This document shows, piece after piece, positions 1 through 9,390 of a stretch of DNA of 64,000 nucleotides (positions within the stretch are counted from its first letter, which is position 1; each line of letters starts with the position of its first letter). The notes beneath the pieces were generated by a model. That model had not been told where the DNA came from. It saw only the letters and a program-made list of their open reading frames with translations, and did not search any database. Both the position numbers and the translations under genes were made by a program. The stretch spans positions 704,001 through 768,000 of the forward strand of contig OZ245366.1 in the NCBI GenBank assembly GCA_965226585.1, written 5' to 3'. The stretch is from Thermodesulfobacteriota bacterium (GTDB lineage Bacteria; Desulfobacterota_D; UBA1144; Nemesobacterales; Mycalebacteriaceae).

Positions 1-543
1 AAGCCGTATAACGGCGTGAAACTCACAAAAGCCGGCGAGAATGTCGCGCTGGAAATGATAAGACACCACCGGCTCATAGAGCTTTACCTTCAGGAAGCGC
101 TTGGAATTCCGTGGGACAAGGTTCACGAGGAGGCGGAAAAGTGGGAGCATTTTATATCCGAAGACGTGGAAGACAGAATGGACGAGCGGCTGGGTTTTCC
201 CAAACTTGACCCGCACGGGGCGCAGATTCCCACCCGGGACGGCGTTCTGCCGCTCAGGAGAAAGTGCGAACCGCTTGAGGGCTTGAATGAAAAAGACAAA
301 GGCGTTGTGGCTGAAGTGAGCGACCACGACTCGGAACTGCTTAACTATCTCGGAGAGAGAAACATCATTCCGGGGGCGAAGATTGAAGTGAAAAAAGTTG
401 AGCCGTTTGACGGGCAGATGACGATAAATGTGGACGGAGCGGAGCACATAGTCAGCGGCACGGCGGCGGGCTACATATCCGTAACCCGCGTGCAGAGGCA
501 CGGCGGCGCGCAAACGAAAAAAGCGGCGGGAGGCGGAAGATGA
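1..543 (+). CDS. mntR: DtxR/MntR family metal-dependent repressor with C-terminal FeoA domain (5' truncated by window edge)
   Basis: RHHRLIELYL...VHEEAEKWEH, DPHGAQIP motifs; frame open from base 1; upstream of a Mn/Fe/Zn ABC operon. Confidence 0.9.
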   Translation, partial: KPYNGVKLTKAGENVALEMIRHHRLIELYLQEALGIPWDKVHEEAEKWEHFISEDVEDRMDERLGFPKLDPHGAQIPTRDGVLPLRRKCEPLEGLNEKDKGVVAEVSDHDSELLNYLGERNIIPGAKIEVKKVEPFDGQMTINVDGAEHIVSGTAAGYISVTRVQRHGGAQTKKAAGGGR

Positions 544-1556
544 GGCGGCAAATGAGAATGGGAGTTTTCACCGGATTCGCGGTATTTTTTGCCGCGCTGT
601 TTTTCTCCGCTGTTTCCGCGCAGGCGCACAGCACAGGAGCCGGGCACACGCACGAGGCGGTGCGGGTTGTCTCCACAACCGGCATTATCAACGACCTTGT
701 TGTGAACATCGGCGGAAGCAGGGTGAGCGCGGAAGCGCTTATGGGTTCCGGAGTTGACCCGCATCTCTACCGGGCGACCGCCGGAGACATCAGAACGCTT
801 GCGCGGGCGGAAGTGATATTCCATCACGGGCTTCACCTTGAGGGAAAGATATCGGAAGTGCTTGAGGGCATGAATCGCAGGGGCGTGAGAACGTTTGCCG
901 TTACACGCGACATACCCAGAGGGATGCTCATCTCCGCGGGCGGGGTTTACGACCCGCACGTGTGGTTTGACCCGTCTCTGTGGGCTTACGCGGCTCGCGC
1001 AGTCGCGTCCGCGCTTTCAGAGATTGACCCTGCGGGCGCGGAAACCTACCGCGAGAATGCCCGCGCCTACACGGAGCGGCTCAAAGAACTTGACCGCTAC
1101 GCCACAGAGATGTCTCAAACGGTTCCCTCAAGCGGCAGAATTCTCATAACCTCTCATGACGCTTTCGGATATTTCGGCAGGGCTTACGGGTTCAAAGTGA
1201 ACGCGCTTCAGGGTGTCAGCACGGTTTCCGAAGCGGCAATCTCAGATGTGCGCCGCACGGTCGGGATGATAGTCCGCCACAGGATTCCGGCAATCTTTAC
1301 CGAAACCTCCGTCTCGCCGCGCTATATGGAAGCCGTCAAAGAGGCGGTGGAATCTTCCGGAATGTCTGTTGAGATGGGCACGAAACTGTATTCAGACGCT
1401 CTTGGAAGCGCGGGCACACGGCAGGAAACCTTTCACGGAATGTTCAAGCACAACGTTGACGCCATCTGCATTTCGCTCTCAAGGGGCGCGGCGATTGAAG
1501 TGTCAAAACTGTTTTCCGGTTTGCGTCCCGCCGCCGCGCCGGAGCGCAATTTCTGA
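540..1556 (+). CDS. Mn/Zn/Fe ABC transporter substrate-binding protein (TroA/MntA family)
   Basis: GVDPHLY, DPHVWFDP, TSHDAFGYF, LYSDALG motifs; signal peptide. Confidence 0.93.
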   Translation: MRRQMRMGVFTGFAVFFAALFFSAVSAQAHSTGAGHTHEAVRVVSTTGIINDLVVNIGGSRVSAEALMGSGVDPHLYRATAGDIRTLARAEVIFHHGLHLEGKISEVLEGMNRRGVRTFAVTRDIPRGMLISAGGVYDPHVWFDPSLWAYAARAVASALSEIDPAGAETYRENARAYTERLKELDRYATEMSQTVPSSGRILITSHDAFGYFGRAYGFKVNALQGVSTVSEAAISDVRRTVGMIVRHRIPAIFTETSVSPRYMEAVKEAVESSGMSVEMGTKLYSDALGSAGTRQETFHGMFKHNVDAICISLSRGAAIEVSKLFSGLRPAAAPERNF

Positions 1557-1576
1557 GACGCCGGAGTCTGCCGCAG

Positions 1577-2293
1577 ATGGAAAATCCTCTTGATGTTGAG
1601 GGCGTAACCGTTTCCTATCACGGGGGCGTGGCTCTGTGGAATGCCTCTTTCCGTGTTTCTCCCGCTTCGCTGATGGCGGTTGTGGGTCCCAACGGCGCGG
1701 GCAAAACCACTCTTCTCAAAGCCGTTCAAAATCTGGTTCCAAAAGACGCGGGCAGAGTCTCGGTCTTCGGCCGTCCGTATGAGGAGATGAGAAAATCGGT
1801 CGCCTACGTGCCCCAGCGTCAAAATGTTGACTGGAACTTTCCCGCGAATGTGTCCGATGTTGTGCAGATGGGAACGTATCAGTCTCTCGGATGGATACGC
1901 AGACCCGGCGCGCGGGAAAAACGGAAAACCTTTGAGGCGCTTGAAAAAACCGGAATGGAACGCCTTGCGGATCGCCAGATAGGGGAGCTTTCGGGCGGAC
2001 AACAGCAGAGGGTTTTCATAGCGCGCGCACTTGTGCAGGACGCTCCGCTCTACCTTATGGACGAGCCGTTTCAGGGCGTTGACAAAACCACCGAAGAGGC
2101 GGTCGCCGGAATTCTGCGCGATATGAGGGACGAGGGGAAAACCGTTGTGGCTGTTCATCACAACCTTGAAACCGTGCCGGACTACTTTGACAGCGCGACC
2201 CTTTTGAACGGAGGGGTTGTCGCAAGCGGAGAGGTGGCTGAGGTGTTCACGCCGGAAAACATCCGTTCCGCCTACCGGGGTTCAGAGACCTAG
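1577..2293 (+). CDS. Metal ABC transporter ATP-binding protein (TroB/MntB)
   Basis: GPNGAGKTT Walker A, LSGGQQQR signature, LMDEPF Walker B. Confidence 0.95.
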   Translation: MENPLDVEGVTVSYHGGVALWNASFRVSPASLMAVVGPNGAGKTTLLKAVQNLVPKDAGRVSVFGRPYEEMRKSVAYVPQRQNVDWNFPANVSDVVQMGTYQSLGWIRRPGAREKRKTFEALEKTGMERLADRQIGELSGGQQQRVFIARALVQDAPLYLMDEPFQGVDKTTEEAVAGILRDMRDEGKTVVAVHHNLETVPDYFDSATLLNGGVVASGEVAEVFTPENIRSAYRGSET

Positions 2294-2317
2294 TTTCTCT
2301 CGCCGGCATTACAGAGG

Positions 2318-3202
2318 ATGTGGATTTTTACCGAACTTTTTCCCGATTACACGGTTGCCGTTGTTGTGTGCGGCTCCGTTTTTCTGGGCATAGCGGCGGG
2401 CGTTTGCGGAACGGTTGTTTTTGTGAGAAAGGAGAATCTTCTCTCTGACGCCGTTTCGCACGGCTGTCTGCCGGGCATTGTGCTCGGCTTTATAATCGCG
2501 GGCGCGAAACATCCGTCCGCTCTTCTGCTCGGCGGTTTTGTGTCCGCTTTTCTCACGGTCGGTTTTGTCCGTCTTGCCCGTTCCTCCGTGTCGGTCAAGT
2601 TTGACAGCGCGCTCGCCCTTGGCGTTTCCATCTCCTTCGGAATAGGCATTGTGCTTCTCACTTCGGTTCAGTCGGGCGGGGCGGCGGGGCAGGCGGGTCT
2701 TGACAGGTTTCTGTTCGGTCAGGCAAGCGCGATGTCTTCGGGAGACGTGAAAACAATTTTTTTCACCGGCGCGGTTTGCTCGGGCGCGCTCGCGGTTTTC
2801 TGGAAGCAGGTGAAGATATTTTGCTTTGACAGTGAATACGCTGTGAGCGCGGGCTTCAGAACACGGGCGGCGGGGTTTTTTCTCAACACCGTTCTTGTGT
2901 CCACAATCGTTGTGGGCATTGAAACAGTGGGCGTGATTCTGATGTGCTCAATGCTTGTGGCTCCCGCGGTTGCCGCGAGGCACTTGACGGACAAACTGGG
3001 AATGATGGTGACAGCCGCCGCCGTTACCGGCGCTCTGGGCGGGGCGGCCGGCTCGCTTGCAAGTTGGAAAATTGCAAAACTCCCGACCGGTCCCGCAATT
3101 GTTATCTGCGTGACAGCCGCCGCGCTTTTGTCCATGCTTTTTTCCCGGAAAAACGGTCTTCTCGCGCGCTCGTCTCACGGCGGAGGGGGTGAGAGGGAAT
3201 GA
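2318..3202 (+). CDS. Metal ABC transporter permease (ABC-3 family)
   Basis: DAVSHGCLPG motif, multiple TM helices, operon context. Confidence 0.92.
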   Translation: MWIFTELFPDYTVAVVVCGSVFLGIAAGVCGTVVFVRKENLLSDAVSHGCLPGIVLGFIIAGAKHPSALLLGGFVSAFLTVGFVRLARSSVSVKFDSALALGVSISFGIGIVLLTSVQSGGAAGQAGLDRFLFGQASAMSSGDVKTIFFTGAVCSGALAVFWKQVKIFCFDSEYAVSAGFRTRAAGFFLNTVLVSTIVVGIETVGVILMCSMLVAPAVAARHLTDKLGMMVTAAAVTGALGGAAGSLASWKIAKLPTGPAIVICVTAAALLSMLFSRKNGLLARSSHGGGGERE

Positions 3203-4293
3203 GTCCTGAGAACGAGATACGGATAATCGCCGTTCTTGTTGCCGTTTCCTGCTCGGCTGCCGGAACGTTTCTGGTGCTGAGGGGAAAGGCGATGATAACG
3301 GACTCGGTAACCCACTCCATACTTCCGGGCATAGCGGCGGGGTTTCTTGTTTCGGGAAACGTTTCGTCTCCCCTTCTTGTCGCTGGCGCGTTCGCGGCGG
3401 CTTTTATAAGCGTTGTTTCGTCCGAAGCTCTTTCGCGGGCGAGGCTGATGTCTGAGGATTCCGCCATCGCGTTTGTCTACCCGTTTCTTTTCAGCGCGGG
3501 GGTGATAATGGTTTCGGGATACGCGGGAAACGCCCATCTGGATGTGGACTCGGTTCTGCTCGGCGAGATAGCTCTCGCCCCGCTTGACAGGGTCGCGCTT
3601 ATGGGAATTGACGTTCCCGTCTCCATGCTTTCGGCTTTATCGGTCGCGCTTGTGTGCGGTGTTTTCATCGCGGTTTTCTATAAAGAGTTGAAGCTGTCAA
3701 CCTTCGACCCCTCCGGGGCGAAAGCGTCCGGGTTTTCAGGCGCGGTTTTTTCCGGCTCCTTTGCCGCCCTTGTCTGTCTTATGTGCATCGTGTCTTTCAG
3801 CGCGACCGGCTCGGTTATGCTCATTGCCCTTATTGCCGCTCCGCCGTGCTGTGCGCTTCTTCTGACCGACCGGCTGGGGCTCGCCATAGCGCTTGGCGTG
3901 GTGTTTGCGGCGGGAGCCGCGCTTGCCGGATTTGAGGCGGCGGTTGCGTTCAACACCAACGTAGCCGGGGCGGTTGTAACTATTCTGGGCGCGGTGTTTT
4001 TTGTGATTCTGATATTCGCGCCGCGCAAGGGGATTCTCTCTCGCCTTATGCGGAGCCGCAGGATGAGAGACGGAATTCAAACCGCTCTTCTGCTTGAATG
4101 TGTTTCAGACGGAGAGGGCGGAAAAGACATCCGCGCCTTGTGCCGCGCCCTGATGTGGAGTCCGGAGCGGACGCTTTCAGCGGCGCGCCGGGCTGAGAAA
4201 AACGGCTACGCCGAAACGGACGGACAGACGGTGCGGGTTACGCCCGAGGGTCGCGCCGCTGTGAGAGCTCTCGCCCCGAGGCTTCACGGGTAG
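3199..4293 (+). CDS. Metal ABC transporter permease with C-terminal DtxR-like wHTH extension
   Basis: DSVTHSILPG, HLDVDSVLLGEI; soluble tail ending VRVTPEGR. Confidence 0.9.
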   Translation: MSPENEIRIIAVLVAVSCSAAGTFLVLRGKAMITDSVTHSILPGIAAGFLVSGNVSSPLLVAGAFAAAFISVVSSEALSRARLMSEDSAIAFVYPFLFSAGVIMVSGYAGNAHLDVDSVLLGEIALAPLDRVALMGIDVPVSMLSALSVALVCGVFIAVFYKELKLSTFDPSGAKASGFSGAVFSGSFAALVCLMCIVSFSATGSVMLIALIAAPPCCALLLTDRLGLAIALGVVFAAGAALAGFEAAVAFNTNVAGAVVTILGAVFFVILIFAPRKGILSRLMRSRRMRDGIQTALLLECVSDGEGGKDIRALCRALMWSPERTLSAARRAEKNGYAETDGQTVRVTPEGRAAVRALAPRLHG

Positions 4294-4356
4294 AGACTTG
4301 TTCTCTGCGGTCTTGCGTTCGCGCCCGCCTGTGTTTAGGCTAAAAACCGCAAGCAA

Positions 4357-4647
4357 ATGACAAAATCCGAAATCAGCAGAAAGATATCCTACAAGTTCCG
4401 GCTTTCGGTTTCCGAAGCGGAAAAGGTTCTCGGCGCCATTGTGGAAGGCATGTCTTCCGCTGTCAGTTCCGGCTCCCGCGTTGAGATACGGGGGTTCGGA
4501 AGTTTCTACGCAAAAGACTGCAAGCCCTACACGGGAAGAAACCCGCGCACCGGAGAGAGTGTGGAAGTGAAGGCGAAAAAACTTCCGTGCTTCAGACAGG
4601 GAAAAGATATAAAGGACGTTTTCAAGTCCGCACAGCGGAAACCGTAG
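4357..4647 (+). CDS. ihfB: Integration host factor beta / HU family DNA-binding protein
   Basis: MTKSEI, RVEIRGFGSF, GRNPRTGE motifs. Confidence 0.85.
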   Translation: MTKSEISRKISYKFRLSVSEAEKVLGAIVEGMSSAVSSGSRVEIRGFGSFYAKDCKPYTGRNPRTGESVEVKAKKLPCFRQGKDIKDVFKSAQRKP

Positions 4648-4651
4648 GCGA

Positions 4652-5272
4652 ATGGCTCAACTGAAAATCCTTCTCTACCCCGACCCGGTATTGAGAAAAA
4701 AAAGCGCGCCGGTCTCAAAGATTGACGGCGGAGTGCATATTCTGCTTGACGATATGCTTGAGACCATGAGAGCCGCAAACGGCATAGGGCTTTCCGCCCC
4801 GCAGGTGGGCAGGAATGCGAGGGTTGTGATTGTGTCGGACGCGCGCGGGTTTGAAGAGTCTCCGCAAGACGGGGAAGAGGAACGGGAAGCGGAAGAGCCT
4901 GCCGGAGAGGAGAAGGTGGAGATGCCCGTTATAGAGATGATAAATCCGGTTGCCGGAACCCCTTCGGGCAGAGACTATCAGGTGGAGGGCTGTCTCAGCA
5001 TTCCGAATTTTCTTGCCAAGGTGGGAAGAAGCAAAAGCGTTGAGGTTGAGTGGCTTTGCAGGGAAGGAAAGAAACACCGGATGCTCGCGGACGGGCTGAC
5101 GGCAAGAATTATTCAGCACGAGATTGACCATCTTGACGGCGTTCTTTTTGTTGACCGGCTGAGCGGGCTGAAAAAAGAGATGATGCTTAAAAAGATGGAA
5201 AAGGTTTTCGGTTCCGAATCCGGCGGCGGCGACAAACCCGGCGGCGCGCCGAAAAAAAAGAAGGGGGCGTAA
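4652..5272 (+). CDS. def: Peptide deformylase
   Basis: GIGLSAPQVG, EGCLS, QHEIDHLDG motifs. Confidence 0.96.
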   Translation: MAQLKILLYPDPVLRKKSAPVSKIDGGVHILLDDMLETMRAANGIGLSAPQVGRNARVVIVSDARGFEESPQDGEEEREAEEPAGEEKVEMPVIEMINPVAGTPSGRDYQVEGCLSIPNFLAKVGRSKSVEVEWLCREGKKHRMLADGLTARIIQHEIDHLDGVLFVDRLSGLKKEMMLKKMEKVFGSESGGGDKPGGAPKKKKGA

Positions 5273-5282
5273 GTCCGCCGGT

Positions 5283-6446
5283 ATGCCGCGCTCAAAAACT
5301 TTCACGCCGTCACGCCTTGCCGGAGGGCTTGCCCCTTTCTACGTGATGGAGACGCTTGAGGCGGCAAAGCGGATGGAGCGCGAGGGCGCAGACGTGATAC
5401 ACCTTGAGGTTGGAGAGCCCGACCTGCCGACCGACCCTGAGATTTGCTCTGCGGCGGCGGACGCTCTGGAGCGGGGCGAAACTTTCTACTCTCCGAGCCT
5501 TGGTATAGACCCGCTGAGGGAAGGCATCGCCGGGGCGTACAACAAAAAATACGGATTGAAGGTAGAGGCGGACGGCGTTCTCGTAACTTCGGGAAGTTCT
5601 CCCGCTCTTCTGCTTGCCATGATGTGCGTTATCAACCCCGGTGACGAGGTCGTTACAACCTCGCCTTACTACGCCTGCTATCCCGGAATCATAAAGGCTG
5701 CCGGCGGCGTTCCCGTTACCTTTCCCGTTTACGCGGAGGAAAATTATCAGATAGACACGGCGCGGCTTCGCAAGGTTATCAGCCCGAAAACAAAGGCGAT
5801 TGTTCTGAACTCTCCGGCAAACCCAACGGGCGCGGTTCTTGATGACGATGTTTTGAAATCTGTCTGTTCGCTCGGTGTTTTTGTCATATCAGACGAGATA
5901 TATCACGGACTTGAATACGGGGCGCAATCAAAATCCGTTCTCAACCACACGGACGGGGCGGTCGCGGTGAACGGGTTTTCAAAACTGTGCGCGATGACGG
6001 GCTGGCGGCTGGGCTACATGATAGCGCCCCCGGAACTTGTCCGCCCGGCGCAAAAACTTCAGCAGAATCTTTTTATATCGCCCAACACTTTTGTTCAGCA
6101 CGGCGGAGTTGCCGCCATAGAGCATGTTTTTCCCCGCTGTGGAGAGATTGCCGCAATCTACTCATCCCGCCGCGCGGCGATGATAAAGGCGCTTGATAAG
6201 GCGGGGCTTTCCGTGTGCGGAGATCCGGCGGGAGCTTTCTATCTGTTTGTGAAGATGCCCGGAAAAAATATAGACTCTCGCGCTCTGGCTTTTGATATTC
6301 TTGAAAAGACGGCGGTCGCGGTTACGCCCGGAATTGATTTCGGGCCCCTCGGCGAAGGGCATTTGCGCTTTTCATACGCCGCTTCGGTTGAGAAAATTGA
6401 AGAGGGCGTTGGAAGAATAGGGGAGTATTTGCGCGGTCGCGGTTGA
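5283..6446 (+). CDS. PLP-dependent class I/II aminotransferase (AspC-like)
   Basis: GEPD, NSPANPTG, SDEIY, GFSKLCAMTGWRLG. Confidence 0.93.
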   Translation: MPRSKTFTPSRLAGGLAPFYVMETLEAAKRMEREGADVIHLEVGEPDLPTDPEICSAAADALERGETFYSPSLGIDPLREGIAGAYNKKYGLKVEADGVLVTSGSSPALLLAMMCVINPGDEVVTTSPYYACYPGIIKAAGGVPVTFPVYAEENYQIDTARLRKVISPKTKAIVLNSPANPTGAVLDDDVLKSVCSLGVFVISDEIYHGLEYGAQSKSVLNHTDGAVAVNGFSKLCAMTGWRLGYMIAPPELVRPAQKLQQNLFISPNTFVQHGGVAAIEHVFPRCGEIAAIYSSRRAAMIKALDKAGLSVCGDPAGAFYLFVKMPGKNIDSRALAFDILEKTAVAVTPGIDFGPLGEGHLRFSYAASVEKIEEGVGRIGEYLRGRG

Positions 6447-6461
6447 ACGCCCCGTCCTTCC

Positions 6462-7220
6462 GTGTATTTTAGAAAAGTGAAAAGAAAACTTGTCGCGGCA
6501 AACTGGAAGATGAACAAAACCCGCGGGGATGCGGCGGATTTTGCGCGCGCCATTGCGGAGAGGGCGGGGGAGTTTGACTGCGATATTGCCCTGTTTCCGC
6601 CGTTTACGGCGATGGAAGCCGTGAGAAAAGAGACGGAAAACTCCGCCGTTACTCTTGGGGCGCAAAACGTTTTTCATGAGGAAAAAGGCGCCTACACCGG
6701 AGAGATTTCATGCGCGATGCTCGCAGACGCGGGATGCAACACGGTTATCGCTGGACATTCGGAAAGAAGGCGGCTTTTTGGCGACAGCGACGAGATTGTT
6801 GCCGCAAAGGTTTCCGCCGTAACGCAGAGCGGAATGAACGCCATAGTTTGTGTGGGCGAAACGGAGGAGCAGAGAGCGGCGGGCAGAGAGAGAGAGGTTG
6901 TGGAAAAACAGATTACATCAGCCCTTGCGGGAGTGAACCCGGAGCGGGTGTCTGTTGCCTACGAGCCGGTGTGGGCGATAGGGACGGGAAAAAACGCGGA
7001 AAAAGGGCAGATAGAGGACATGCACGGGCACATCAGGGAATCGCTTGAAGTGATTTTTCCGGACTCTTCCGGCGGCATTCGTATTCTCTACGGGGGCAGT
7101 GTGAGCCCGGAAAATGCCGGCTCTGCGGCATCCGCAAAGAATGTGGACGGGATGCTTGTGGGAACGGCAAGCCTTGAATTAGACTCATTCGTTGGCATAA
7201 TAGTTTCACTGTTGGACTGA
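6462..7220 (+). CDS. tpiA: Triosephosphate isomerase
   Basis: ANWKMN, GHSERR, AYEPVWAIGTG, LYGGSV. Confidence 0.97.
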   Translation: MYFRKVKRKLVAANWKMNKTRGDAADFARAIAERAGEFDCDIALFPPFTAMEAVRKETENSAVTLGAQNVFHEEKGAYTGEISCAMLADAGCNTVIAGHSERRRLFGDSDEIVAAKVSAVTQSGMNAIVCVGETEEQRAAGREREVVEKQITSALAGVNPERVSVAYEPVWAIGTGKNAEKGQIEDMHGHIRESLEVIFPDSSGGIRILYGGSVSPENAGSAASAKNVDGMLVGTASLELDSFVGIIVSLLD

Positions 7221-7225
7221 TTAAA

Positions 7226-7537
7226 ATGGAAGTTCTTGTACCACTGATAAAGACCGCGCACATAGGAGTCGCCCTGATAATGATAGTTGTCATTCTCATT
7301 CAGCCGGGCGGCAGTGATGAACTTGGAACCGTTTTCGGGGGCGGAACCTCGGAATCTGTGTTCGGGGCGGGCGGAGCAACAACCTTTCTCGCGAAAGCCA
7401 CAAGGTTTATGGCGGTCATTTTTGTGATGACCTCGCTTCTGCTCGGATACTCGTCTTTCAGGCAGTCTTCTTCATCGGTGTTTGACAAGGGCGGGGGAGC
7501 CGTTGAGGCGCCCGCGGAGAAAACCGCGCCCGAATAG
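7226..7537 (+). CDS. secG: Preprotein translocase subunit SecG
   Basis: Two TM helices with Gly-rich linker (FGGG...FG), directly after tpiA. Confidence 0.9.
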   Translation: MEVLVPLIKTAHIGVALIMIVVILIQPGGSDELGTVFGGGTSESVFGAGGATTFLAKATRFMAVIFVMTSLLLGYSSFRQSSSSVFDKGGGAVEAPAEKTAPE

Positions 7538-7579
7538 GTTCGGAGTTCGCGGAAGAAAAACGCAAAGGAGGTAACAGAA

Positions 7580-7846
7580 ATGCCTTACATAATAGCGGAA
7601 CCGTGCATTGACGTTAAAGATAAATCGTGTGTTGAGGCCTGCCCCGTTGACTGCATATACGAAGGGGACGACCAGCTTTACATAGAGCCCAATGAGTGCA
7701 TTGACTGCGGCGCGTGCGTTGACCCGTGCCCGGTGGACGCAATTTTTCATGAAGACGAAGTTCCCGACAAATGGGAGAGGTTCATCAAAGAGAACAGCGA
7801 CTTCTTTGAGGGGAAAGAAAATCTCCAGCCCGCAACCAAAGACTGA
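7580..7846 (+). CDS. 7Fe/8Fe ferredoxin
   Basis: CIDVKDKSCVEACPVDCI and CIDCGACVDPCP; AAGGAGG RBS. Confidence 0.95.
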   Translation: MPYIIAEPCIDVKDKSCVEACPVDCIYEGDDQLYIEPNECIDCGACVDPCPVDAIFHEDEVPDKWERFIKENSDFFEGKENLQPATKD

Positions 7847-8483
7847 CTTTCCGCTCCCGGAGAGAGTTTCACGCATCACGGCTTTTCTGCGCAAAACCTA
7901 CCCGGACGCGAAATGCCACCTGAACTACAGCTCGGCTTTTGAGCTGCTTGTGGGCTCAATCCTCTCGGCGCAGTGCACCGATGAAAGGGTCAACTCAATC
8001 ACGCCGGGGCTTTTCAAAAAATATCCCGCGCCCTCAAACTTCGCCCGCGCGGACGCCGGGGAACTGGAAAAAGACATCTTCAGCACCGGTTTTTACAGAA
8101 ACAAGGCGAGATCCATAATAAGGTGCTCGGGCGAGATTGTCCGCAGTCATGGCGGCAAGGTTCCCGCGACCATGGAAGAGCTTTCCGCCCTTCCGGGTGT
8201 GGGCAGAAAAACCGCCAACGTGATTCTCGGAAACTGGTTCGGAAAACCCGGAATAATTGTTGACACGCACATAACGCGCCTGTCGCGCAGGCTGGCGATG
8301 AGTTCGGCAAAAACGGCTGAGGGGATAGAGAGAGAACTTATGGAAGTTCTGCCGGAAAAAGACCGGACATTTTTTTCCAATTCTCTCGGCGACCACGGAA
8401 GGCTGATATGCAAGGCGCGCAAACCGCTTTGCGAACGTTGCGGTATTTCCGGATATTGCGTGTGGAGAGAACAGAATGTCTGA
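7692..8483 (+). CDS. nth: Endonuclease III (true start uncertain, probably later and overlapping the ferredoxin 3' end)
   Basis: ILSAQCTD, LPGVGRKTANV, VDTH, C-X6-C-X2-C-X5-C cluster. Confidence 0.92.
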   Translation: MSALTAARALTRARWTQFFMKTKFPTNGRGSSKRTATSLRGKKISSPQPKTDFPLPERVSRITAFLRKTYPDAKCHLNYSSAFELLVGSILSAQCTDERVNSITPGLFKKYPAPSNFARADAGELEKDIFSTGFYRNKARSIIRCSGEIVRSHGGKVPATMEELSALPGVGRKTANVILGNWFGKPGIIVDTHITRLSRRLAMSSAKTAEGIERELMEVLPEKDRTFFSNSLGDHGRLICKARKPLCERCGISGYCVWREQNV

Positions 8484-9387
8484 CGGCTCAAAAAACGGAA
8501 AGGTTAATCAGGAGCTTATCTCCATTCCCACAAGCGGAGGCAGTGTGAACGCCATTTTCTACAAATGCGAAACGGACGGCGGCGGGGAAAAGGAGCCGGT
8601 GGTTATCCATGTTCACGGGTTTCTCGGCAACTTTCTTGAGGGCAGTCAGAGATTTCTGCCCCCGCTTCTCGCGTCCGCCGGATACTCGTCCATCTCCATC
8701 AACACGCGCCTTTCAAACTTCAGCCTGTTTTTCGGCTACGGAATGGTGGACAGCACAATCCCTCAGATAGACGGCGTTATAGAGTTTCTCAAAAATCTTG
8801 GCTACACGAAGATAGTTATTTCGGGCTACAGCCTCGGCGGCTGTATCGCGGTGCGGTATATGTCTGCGAAAAAAGGCACGGAAATAGCGGGTTTTTTATC
8901 CGGCATGATAGCCATAGCAACCCCGTATTCAATGCCCGATTCCATACGCAAGAGATGGAACAAGTGGCAGAGCATTCCGTCTTACGACCAGATATACGAG
9001 GAGGCGAAGGAGATACTTGGAAGCGACCCGGAGAACTCGGAGCAGGACAGAACAATTATCGTCCAGAAAGCCCGCGGCGACACCTTCAGCCCCCAGCACT
9101 GCGAGATATACACCTACAAGACATGGTGGTTTCTCGCGGGTCCGGAAGCCAACTGCACAAAAACCTACAAACAGATAGGGGATGTGGAGGTTCCCATACT
9201 TCTCATACAGGGATGGGATGACAAAATTGTCTATCCCAATGAAACACATGACTTGTCACAGAGAGCGACTGACGCGGGCAACGGCGATGTGTCCGCTTTC
9301 TTTCTCAACGCCGGACACACGCTTGAAGGCAAAGAGGAGGAACTTGCGGAAATCATCACAAACTGGATGCAGAGAAGACTGAAATAA
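8476..9387 (+). CDS. Alpha/beta hydrolase (paralog 1)
   Basis: HVHGFLGNF, GYSLGG nucleophile elbow, GWDD, AGH. Confidence 0.8.
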   Translation: MSDGSKNGKVNQELISIPTSGGSVNAIFYKCETDGGGEKEPVVIHVHGFLGNFLEGSQRFLPPLLASAGYSSISINTRLSNFSLFFGYGMVDSTIPQIDGVIEFLKNLGYTKIVISGYSLGGCIAVRYMSAKKGTEIAGFLSGMIAIATPYSMPDSIRKRWNKWQSIPSYDQIYEEAKEILGSDPENSEQDRTIIVQKARGDTFSPQHCEIYTYKTWWFLAGPEANCTKTYKQIGDVEVPILLIQGWDDKIVYPNETHDLSQRATDAGNGDVSAFFLNAGHTLEGKEEELAEIITNWMQRRLK

Positions 9388-9390
9388 CAG

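Noticed and set aside
7537..7580. tRNA-Leu often found after secG
   Set aside because: The gap is only ~40 bp with no cloverleaf
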